Program-made: the position numbers and the translations under genes
Assembly: GCA_000934665.2 (NCBI GenBank)
Contig: JYFJ02001598.1
Coordinates: 1-64,000 of the forward strand
Source of the DNA: Catajapyx aquilonaris
Lineage: Eukaryota
Direction: 5' to 3'
DNA length: 64,000 nt
Shown here: in pieces, positions 53,722 to 64,000 of the stretch
How positions within the stretch are numbered: the first letter of the stretch is position 1
Layout: each line of letters opens with the position of its first letter
Notes under the pieces: model-generated
Seen by the model: the letters and a program-made list of their open reading frames with translations, nothing else
Told to the model about the DNA's origin: nothing
The model's database searches: none

Positions 53722-56120
53722 CATAACAAAGCTTATACGACAATGAACTGTATGTTGTTACAATAATTTAACACCAAGTTCCATTTTGTTAAGCAGTTAA
53801 TCTCAAACAAATCCTTTTAGATGCCGCGACACTACAAGCTATTTCTGCTAATATTATGAGAATGGAATCAGGCTTCGAGCATTGGATTGAAATACTGATC
53901 TTAGCACGTTGGGCGTAAGCCACTTTATGGAACCATTAAAATCTCATCCAAGGGAGGCCAAGAGTTGAACCTATTTCTTTCCCGACCAGACACCCTTTCA
54001 CTTACAAGTTAGTCAACAGGAACGCTTCCATTGAACATAATTATTATCAGGCCCCAGAGGTAACAGGAAGTAACGGGTTAGGCGTGCAATGACAAGGAGC
54101 ACCAAAATTTCACAAGACAATAACATAGAGGATATTTTTAAAATACAGTACTGGTATTTACCTAAGAAAAGTCCCCATAACAAATAAATTATGTCGTCAT
54201 CTTACTGTGTAATAACGCCAACCAAAATATCAAAAATGATCAGTATACCGCACAAAAATACACACCTGAGTCACACATGGACAAATGTTAGGAAAGGCAA
54301 TCATATCATTATCTTGCTGGTCATATCTAGCATTGCTGCCAAATCCTGATTTTACCAACGCTTGGCTTCCTGCATCGGAGGCAAAAAAGAGAGCAAATTA
54401 ACGTTGTCACATTGATATCATCAATGCCGGAAACCACGCCTGTTACCGTTGCACAAACGTGATTAGGAAATGGCCTCTATACGTACATGCGCATGTAAGC
54501 CAATCAGTGCAGACAAGATCATGCTTCAAACGAACTGGAGTCCATTTATGTAAAACTGATGTCGCGCACAATTTTTGCTGATCTTCATTGCAGGGACTAC
54601 ACAAGTGTTACTATTTTTTAGGGATGCTGAAAACGCTTGTTAGATGTAGGAAGTGTGTGCAATATTTAAAATATTATTCCCATAGGCCCTTTTGATCATT
54701 TTAGATTTTACCCTGTATTTCAGTTAGTTTCATATCATGATTCCTTTCACATCGGTGAAAGCGTATTTTTTCCGTATATTCGGTATATTTTACATTTTAT
54801 TTTGTTAAAGAACTCGTAGAGGTCGCTAATTTTTCTCTTACCGAAGCTGTAAGTATCAAGGGCTGACTTTCCCTTTGAAACTTGCAGATTCATTAAACTG
54901 CACTGCAGGTTTTTGCTTATGTGGACTGGTTGGAGCAAGATAATAAGGAGGAAAAGTCTCTTTGATTCCATTGACATGGCAGCCTTTTTCCGAATGTCCC
55001 ATCTAATCCGTAATCAAAAGCATGGAGGAGCATTGTAGTTATTTTTCCCAACCAATACCTTAATCCCTGATCTAACGACACAATCATACTAGCCCTCTAT
55101 GACAACAATGATAATTCAGGAAACGCATTACTTTCCCATCATCTTACCCCTTCAATTTATTATAACTTTGATTCATTCATATGCTCATTTCAGTGTATAT
55201 TCATCATTTTATGCTTTCATGTATTAACAGTATTGTGTCCACCCGACCGTGGCCAGTACAGCACGTGTCCCCATGTATTCAATGTGAACTCATTGTGTAC
55301 GCCACAAGTGTGTTCCAAATGTGCACGACAACGACAGAGTGATTTGAACTAGATGATCATTGTGAATTTAAAATACGTACCTAAAATACATTGATTTTTC
55401 AAGGTCCAAATAACATCACCATTGTCGTTAGTTACAATAACAGTATTCACAAAGGTGATGTCACTTAAGAAGTTATAAAAATCGAAGTCTATATAATTTG
55501 CCGATAACTTGAGCGATGTTCGGCAAAAATTTCGCACGCGGCAATTACCCGCAGATATGCCGCAATTTGGGCCCGTCGACGATGTCTCGGAGCACCGTAC
55601 ACAATTCGCAGCGGCGCGGCGTGGCGTGGGAAAATGGTCTGCGAGGGCACAGGGGTCTATGGGTGAGTGAACGGGGAGGGGTTGAAGTAATTCGATGTGA
55701 AAGGAAAAGGCAGAGACGATCATAATGTGGAAGTTTTCAACCGAGCCCGGTTTATGTATTTACCCTTATACTTGGCAACAAACGCCAATGCTTTCAACCA
55801 AGTTACTAATAGCATTTACTTTTACGTTCCAATGCAGACGCTTACAGAAAGATGAGCACCCTTCCCTTTTTTTTTTGTTTGTCAAAACTCTCACGAATTG
55901 CTCAAGACCTTTTCTGTTTACATAATAAAAAGCACCTAAATCAGGCATAACGTGTTTTCTAACCCGAGTGCTGCATAGCTTATATAGGAACGTTTCCTTG
56001 CCCTGAAAATATTGTTTTTCTGATGCAGAGGCAGAGCAGAGAGGGCGCCGAACCCGGCTTGAAAAACCTTCCTGACGAAATCTTGAATAGGCGCTTATGA
56101 GTGTGTATGTCATCAGAGCT

Positions 56121-56134
56121 GTTTCCATGGTAAC
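56121..56134. promoter_or_regulatory. Candidate RFX X-box
   Basis: gtttccatggtaac matches GTTNCC-AT-GGNAAC; motif match only. Confidence 0.45.
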
Positions 56135-59100
56135 AACGTTCCTACAGTATTTGTGAACGATTTGGGCGTTTTCGCGTAAATATTTTCCCGACGCGAGTGC
56201 TGCCCGGGGTGCGGCAAAATTCTTATTTCAACAGCAGTATAAAGTCCAATTTGGAGCTTTATTGTTCGTCTGGTGGACATGTGGCTTATTAACATGTTTA
56301 TGCAAATTGTAAATGAAGGAAATGAGATACACTACACCATAATAGACTCAGGTCATAGTGTAGTTTTTACAGTACCTGCCATTTATAGCTCCGCTGTAGT
56401 TCCGGATTAAAAATAACATATAGTCGAATCCCCTTGGATTTAGAGAGTTCCAATAGGCCGGCGGGTCGTTGCGTAACAATTTTACGGTTGCATGCGAGGA
56501 ATTTGAAAGTGGATCCAGCTCATTACAGATTGATAAGTGGCAAAATTTTGTGGGAGCAAAATGAAGCTTGCCCCACTCCAGTTTGAGAATCTGATAATGT
56601 GCGTGTTTTCCACGACAAAAAAAATCATGGCGTATTTATGAGGTACGGTCATAGCCGTTTCAGCTACTAGCAAGTGCCACAATCGACATCGAAATTGTCA
56701 AACCTATATCCTCTAGCCGCATCCATCACTCGGAGAACACCATATATCCCTCCCCCACAATTCGTTCTTTGGCTCCTCTCCGCATGCAGTCCGCAACTTA
56801 GCCACCTACCACCCCACCATGTCCCTGGAGGTCATCAGGAATCAATATTAAGTAAGGGGGCTGAGGGAGGTGAGGAACAGCCCGTGTGCGACGGTGCACC
56901 CTTTCTTTTCACCCGTTCCCATCACCCATCACTCTTTTTTTTCCTTTTTGCCAACTTCTACCTAAAAGCATTCTCCGGCAAGAAAAAAAACTCAATGACA
57001 TGAATAATGGAAATCATATGTCATGATACATTTAGAATCTCGCACTTTTCACATCCAGGGCTCAAATTTTTGCAAAACTGTTCCCCCGGGCAGGGATTCA
57101 TATATGCTATACAGTTCTTGTTGAGAAGATGCATGAGGATATAGCAGGCTAATCAGAAACAGCCGGCTCGCCCTAAATGAAATCCCGGGGATAGGAGCTC
57201 ATATCAGGGATGGTGAGTTCAACGAGTCAAACATACCTCAACCCATTGAAAATCCCTCACGAGTGAGCCACTTATCCCGTTGTCTCCATTTGGCACGTGT
57301 ATGAGTGGCAATCAGCAAAGGCATTTTCTAATAAAATAGCCATGGTTAATTTTCCTGCCCATTCTATTTCTGCCTGCTTGGATCCCTCAGGCGAAGATGG
57401 GTTGAAATGAAGCGTATGATGTGGGGAAAGCGGATATAGGTCAACCCCTGGTCGTCGGGGCAACCTGAACCCCTACTCTTGCTCACCAGCATTAAGTGGA
57501 GGAGACTACGCAGTTTGATTTGAGTTTTTGCATCCTAACCCGTCGGATTAGTTAGCTCTTTTTCGTAGTCAACAACTTATAATATAAGGAGGATAGAAAG
57601 ATTTTCTCTTGGAGTCAAGCAGCAGGTCGGATGCGTTTCGTATTACCCGTGCTTTTTCACCTCGACAAGGGGGGGCTCCTGAATTAGCATCGTGGGAGAT
57701 CATTAGTGAAACTGAGTTATTTCGAGGGCTTCTCAGGAAACGCTATTTTGTCGACTGAAATGCGTAGGTGTCTTAATACGTATGCTTTCATGCATACTGT
57801 TAACTCCCGGCTGGAGGCTTTCAAATGTAGTCTTGTTTTCTTAGGAACGTAATGTTCGCCTTCATGGCTTAAAATTTGACGTTGAGGTTTGCTGCTTAGG
57901 GCAGAAAATCCAACTACTTTGTATGCGAAACCTGGCTTCACTGCACTTAACGAGTTATACTCATATGTGCCGTGCTTATTACAATAATGTAAAGCGTGTT
58001 AACACATGCGCAGTACTAGCGGGTGAAGCCATGTTTCACAATTTCGTGTGATTTTCTTGACGGGAATAAATAAGATTTTCCTCTTTCCGTGATAACATTT
58101 TCTCCAAGAAACCGTAATAGCATCTTAGTTTGAATCTCGCCTCCCGACACCCACAAAAACCATTCCTATAACCTCATCTCTATCGTCTATTTCCATCTCT
58201 ACATTATTAACTTAACAGATCCGGTTTCCCAAGGAAACCCTTCCGCAGCATTTTCGAAAATGTATTAAATGGCGTGTTGGTTCGCGACGTTCAATATACA
58301 CCTGCTACTTACGGCTTCGTTCCTCATACACCTCAACCAATCAAGTCAGTCCTGATCTACCACCTTTTGTGACTTTAACAGGACAATAAGGCCCCCCTGA
58401 AGGCGAAGAGTTGACATTATTTTTATATGACTTCTGTGTTCACACAGAGGGTCCCGTTTATTATTACCTATCCCGGTTTCTTCGTTTCTATTTCCACCTA
58501 TCCCACCTTTGTGTCTTCTAATACTATAATAGCCAGTGAGCCTAGTTACCTTGGCTCCTTCCCAATCAAACAAACAATTACCTATCCCCTCACCTTCGCT
58601 TGGCCAGGCCTTTTTCCCAGTTTTATCTTTCGCGTTCTGATAGGTTTTTGATTCCCTTACAATGGTGAAGAGAAAAGGTCTGGTACATCAAAGATTTAGT
58701 AGAAAAGGGTTTCCTGATATGTAAGCATATTAATGCCTCGTTGGGATTTTCCCCATGAATAATTATATCAATGAAGCTGCATTCGACTTGTCTATTGCTT
58801 CGCTTATCCGACATTTTATTACAGGGTGGCAACAGCTGAATGAAATTCAGTACCACATAAATTGTGTACTGAGTTGCCGTCAGCTTTTGACGGCCGTCAA
58901 AAATGGGAGGATAAACCAGGGGTATGAAAGATTCGTTGTAGCCTATATCTGAATAAGGATGGAAGCTATGCCAACAATTAAGATCCACATGACAGGGATG
59001 ATGTTTTAGCTGAGTCTTTGATCTAAAAAGCCAGTACCAGTTAAAATTTAATGCCATAGGCACAATAACTAAACCACATATAGCCTAGGCGAAAGTACAG

Positions 59101-59144
59101 CGGTTGTCAGCGGAGTTTCTGGTTACGTCAAGGGTTACGTTCCA

Positions 59145-59209
59145 GTGACTATTCTATCAACTCTTCCTCGTTCCCTCTGTTCGGATCGTCAACTTGGGCA
59201 GACACCCTG
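59145..59209. mobile_element. Right arm of CTCTGCCCAAG-family MITE
   Basis: tcgtcaacttgggcagacaccctg|ta. Confidence 0.6.
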
Positions 59210-60271
59210 TATAATGGATGGCAACAGCTTTAAAAATACTACACTTTCCTACACAATCGTGCATTACTATACTGTATATATTACACTATGATGCATCAGA
59301 TTATTCTAGCAGCAAAGGGAATCCTTTTAAAAACTCTCGGACGAAGGAGCAAGTGTTTGAAAAAATGAAACAGAAGGTTCAAATCCATCAACAGATGGGA
59401 GGAAACCAATAGATATTTTTAAAAGATTTCATGATTTGGTTGTGAAGGTTTCTTGCAGGGCTCCTGCATGTTAGATACATCTGCGAATAATCTAGCTGGT
59501 GTCGAAACAGCGAACCCTCATTGACATCTCCCTTAGGCGAGAGCAATGGCCAGGGATTAGTTCGGATGACCTCAGGACCTCACATCATCCAAACTAATCA
59601 CGATGCACTGGGCTGAAACTGGGGCCCTCCCTTTCCTCATGGGACCATCTCGAGAAATTTGCAGAGACATACCATAAAACTATATTCTGCGACACTCCCA
59701 GAGAAATATGGAAATTTTCAAGATATTAATTACGGCATGTGCTGTGACGGCGAATCAATGACAAACGGACGCCGGCGGCGGTAACGGTCGCGCCTATGCT
59801 GGTTCGATCGCATGCCATGACTCCCGTTTCATTTGTGCAGAGAGGTTTCTCCGGCTGTGCTCCTGGGGTGGAACTGTCACCACACGGGGTAACGCTGATA
59901 TCTCTAATGAGTTCCTGAAACTCGACGAGACTCTGCATGCAGATACAACCAGGCATTTGCAGTTTTTAACTCATTTATTTTCTTTTTGTAGGCACTGAAG
60001 AGTTTCTAGACACTAATAGGCTTGTACAGAATTTTTTACGTAAATGAATTTATATGAATGGATCGTAGGAGCTTGAGATTGGAGCCATATTCATTGGGCT
60101 CTTTTCTTTTAGGACACCTCCCAAATTATCTGGTATATCGGCCCAAAAAACATAACTACCCATCAAATTGAGCTATGCACCCCTCAATACAGTGAGGAGT
60201 CCGAAGGAGCGCCTTATTGGTTTAATATTATATTAGGGGCACGCCTTCTAAATTCAGTCAGAGATGGGTCA

Positions 60272-61678
60272 TCGCAAGTGGGGGTGATTTTGTGACAGTA
60301 ATTTTTTGGGTTTTTCGTATCAGCAGAAACGGTTTAATGTTTTTCCATTAAATGTTTTGTTGATTTTTGTACCCTTATTCCTTCCTCTACATATCCGTGT
60401 GCAGATCATCTCGATAACTTTGTCCGTTACAAAAATATTCACATTTACATCTGTCACAAAGTCACCCTACAGTGCTTTGTGACAGTGGTATTTCCTTAAT
60501 CCTTAACTACGTAGGTGGGTGAAACACCTTTAACTACGTAGGTGGAGCCTGAGAGGCTCCAACGGTATATTTAAATTTCTGCTTATCAACTAAATTGTTA
60601 TATTGGACTTTTCACATACAGAAAGGGCAGTTCAGATCATTAGGCTTCCGATAACGTAAAAATCACACGCTGAGTCTGCATATTCCGACAGGGAAAAATT
60701 CTTAATTAAAAGGTTACATCATGCTTGAGCCGCTCAGTCTTCACCTGCATAGGTAGAGCCAGTATAGAGTCCAGGAGGGACCTGTTCCTCGTTACGAATT
60801 TTTTTAAACCAAACAATAGGGACTAAAAAAAAATTCTTTCCTTTTCATGCGTAGGAAGGTTTGTCTGACAAAGTCACGGAAGGACAGGGGAAAATAAAAT
60901 TCGATGAAAAAGTTACATGCGTTTAAATAGTGCTTGGAGCCTCTCAGGCTCCACCTACGTAGTTAAGGGTTAAGGTTAAACACGATAACCAGAAAATATA
61001 ACAAAGTATCCCCACAAACTCTTTATTTTAGACAAATTTTCACCTTTACCATAAATATTTTATAAAATTGATCATTTAGAATGTAATATTGTGAAAAACA
61101 TTTGGTCATTTTTTGGGTCTTCAGGTCCTTAACTTCGTAATGTCCTCGGCGGCTGATTTCTTTGGATTTTAATTTGGATGTGTATAATTTCGAGTGGTAC
61201 GGTACCCTAAAGGACCGGTCCATATGGTGAAAACAGTAAATAATATCCTTGGAGTGACTTTGTGACAAGTTTATGCTATCACAAAGTCACCCCGCAACAG
61301 TACGAAATTCATTTAACACCCTAGTATCTTCTACTAGTACAAAACAAGGTCAAGCTTGCTTCAAGTTAAATAATTTCTTAGCCAATGAATTTGTGTTCAA
61401 AAAAATGTACATGTTTTACTCTCTTCCCAACTATGCCAGTAGCTATTAGGGAAAGTAGTTGGAAGAAGTGCCAACAATAATACTCGCAGTTTTCAAACTT
61501 GGAATATGACTGCCAATAATGCTCGAGGTGTAGGAGCATCCCATGTTAGCTACTAGGTAGCACAACATACGTAGCCATCTACTGGGGCTGGTCGCAGTCA
61601 AAAATGCCAAATAATAGTGGCGCGAGATTCGAAAAACTGATTTGTCACAGTCAGCCCGCATGTCACAAAGTCTTACGG
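60272..61678. mobile_element. Old non-autonomous DNA transposon with repeated GTCACAAAGTCACCC motifs
   Basis: The motif occurs in both orientations at ~60281, 60453, 60475, 61254, 61279, 61641 and 61662. The right end is cttacgg. Confidence 0.55.
60500..60969. mobile_element. piggyBac-type MITE nested in the 60272-61678 element
   Basis: ttaa|tccttaactacgtaggtgg ... ccacctacgtagttaaggg|ttaa, with subterminal tggagcctgagaggctcca palindromes. Confidence 0.85.
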
Positions 61679-61977
61679 TTTCTGTTTTTTAAATATGCTT
61701 TTTGGACTATTATGAATGTGTAACATGTGCAGAAGACGTTAATATTTTTCAATAGCCACGTTATTGCTTGCCATTATTATTAGTCTGCTGAGAGATATAT
61801 CAATCAAAAATTTGTAACAATCCGGTAGTACCATATGAATTTAGGCTATGTAATTGTGTCAATCCCGGTTTGAAACCCCTATGTAATCACTGCAACAATT
61901 TGTGTTAAGTATGTACGCAGTAGTTTTAACACCTGTTGTGGTATGGGTCATGCTTTGGCAAGCCACTTAATAGACAT

Positions 61978-62028
61978 GCAGCCTATACTATAGCATATAG
62001 GCAGCCTATACTATAGCATATAGGCAGC
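61978..62028. repeat. 23-bp tandem duplication
   Basis: gcagcctatactatagcatatag x2 plus gcagc. Confidence 0.9.
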
Positions 62029-62478
62029 AATAATGTTGAGGAGATACAGCTTTCTCTTGATACATTATTATTATTGAGCATGCATCCTGTGAAGAATATC
62101 TCAGGTTTGGGCTGGGTTGCATGAACTATGGTAAACCATGAATAAACAATTAATTCTATACAAATAACATGGGATCAACCACTCTTGCAACCACTTGTTC
62201 TGGGTTTACCTCGTTTATGCCTTAATAATCTTCCCTCGGATCCAATGGCGAGTGTCGTACGTAGCATATAGAGAATATACCAAAACCTCTCGCCATTAAT
62301 AATTAGGGTCAACCAGCTGCAGGATGTTCCTTTGCCGAAGAAGACGATCCGTAGAGGCAAGACGGGGAATAGATGATGAAGTAACACCCCTTGCAATATA
62401 AACAAAGTCGTCGGCATGCAAAAAGACAATGGAAGACCCAAACCTCGTGCCAAGACTGGATTGGTACTCAAATGTTGT

Positions 62479-62553
62479 CCAGGGGTGACTAATCCATCAA
62501 CTCTCCCCCGCCTCCCCTCTACGTATCGTCAACATGGGCAGAGAAACACCCTA
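62479..62553. mobile_element. Right arm of CTCTGCCCAAG-family MITE
   Basis: ggggtgactaatccatcaact...tcgtcaacatgggcagagaaacacccta|ta. Confidence 0.65.
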
Positions 62554-62555
62554 TA

Positions 62556-62757
62556 CAGGATGTTCCAAGTTCGTGGGGCGTTGTAGTTAAATTTTCTTGT
62601 AGCTTGTTGCGCCCCGATCCCAGTGCCCTACCTATTCTATTGAAACGGGTATATTCGACCACCTGGGAGTAATGGGGGCACAACAAGCTACAAAAAATAA
62701 CTACTTTGGGCAATATTAGTGATAACTAAAAATTATTCACGAACTTGGAACACCCTG
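62556..62757. mobile_element. CAGGGTGTTCCAAG-family MITE, complete
   Basis: ta|caggatgttccaagttcgtg ... cacgaacttggaacaccctg|ta. Confidence 0.88.
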
Positions 62758-64000
62758 TATATCGCTAGTAATTCAGCTTTGAAAGATTTCACTATACATC
62801 CATTACCCGAGTAATGCACATTCTAAATTTTCCTCTCTTGCCATTGCCGATTCTTTAACACAAAGCAAACATACTGTAGGCTACACTGTTTCTTTTAGCA
62901 CAGTAATTACAAGCTGTGCAACATAATTAATTCCCCTTTTAGAGTGACAGAGCAGCAATAATTCCATTCATACACACTGTACAGTGCAAATATACGATAA
63001 GTTATATCCGAAGAACTGTACCTGTGGGCGGTGTTTCCTGCCAACGAGTCACTCCTGCTTACTCTTGAACAGTGTAGAAGCCAGCGCATTTTCTCGGAAA
63101 TGTAACCTTATTAACAGCGATTGGAAGTAAAGATGACATTATTACCGATAAACGGAACCAGATACGCTTCTGCTCAACCGAATTCCGCGGAAGATGACAT
63201 CCTCGGGATAAGTTTCTAACAGGTATATACCGAGAATCTTTCTATTTTTTGCGCCTATAATGCAATGATGCCAGGTGGGGGTTTAGTTACAGGAACTTGA
63301 CGCCTGACTCAATTGAACATCGTGTGCCTTTTTCGCCAAATATAGCAATATTCCGAGCATCTCGCTCTCTTTTCAACACACCTGATTCATCTGAATCGAT
63401 CGAGCAGTAAGGAAAAAGCATTAGACTCTTGGGTTGTCGTGTTCAATCATAATTATTGTCAGTGCTGGCTGCGGTATTGCCTCCTTTTATTCGACAGAGA
63501 GAGGTTATTATTGTTACTAAATTGCAACCGGATAGTTAGTAGGACTTGCCACGGAAGAACAACTAGACTCTGATATAATAATAGAGGCGGGATGAATCGT
63601 AATGAGCTTGTTTTGATAAATCTCAGCGAATCATGCAATTACGCAAGAAAACATATTGTCACATTTGGGATGAATGTACTACCTGATGTAGGCAATTCAG
63701 ACCACTATTGCACTGTCTAGCCCGTAACATTTTAAGAATGGAAAATTTCAAATTGTTTCATAGGTCAGTGTTAATTTGTGCTCGTCTCTGTCACATAGGC
63801 CTATGTGGCGTTTCGAGAGAAGTAGCATAATTATGTCTATGTTCTATAGTGTGAAATAAATAGGAACATTAATTTGTCGTTCCTACAAAGCATTAATTTT
63901 AGTTCGCGATTTCAATGCCGGATAGATTTGGTATTTTATTTTTGGAGAGGCGGTCCATTTAATTTGGAACGTTTTGGACAGATATGAAATGTCCCGAAAA

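Noticed and set aside
59960..60000. Strong plus-strand splice acceptor ttttctttttgtag
   Set aside because: No sustained open frame or matching donor follows, and such sites are expected by chance in AT-rich DNA.
1..64000. Most six-frame ORFs as genes; any prokaryotic or CRISPR system
   Set aside because: The ORFs are short, with random-like composition and no recognisable domains. There are no regularly spaced repeat-spacer arrays.

Overview
This is AT-rich, almost entirely non-coding eukaryotic DNA. An invertebrate source, possibly an arthropod, is an inference from the repeat types. It has no operons, CRISPR arrays, rRNA or intact tRNA genes, and nearly all listed ORFs look spurious. The one credible host coding feature is a GC-rich minus-strand exon (ATG 27860, phase-0 GTGAGT donor after 27645). 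It looks like the first coding exon of a long-intron gene, tentatively KChIP-like from recollection only. The rest is densely packed with transposable elements: five tRNA-derived SINEs, many palindromic Tc1/mariner-type MITEs, hAT and piggyBac MITEs, two short Helitrons, decayed Tc1/mariner and LINE coding relics, and several nested insertions. The most interesting signals are (1) SINEs that pair three heads with two 3' tails in four combinations, (2) a fold-back element built from two inverted transposase 3' ends, and (3) a 2.5-kb unclassified fold-back element. I cannot support a claim of a wholly new biological system. All calls were made by eye with no database searches, and boundaries of decayed relics are approximate.
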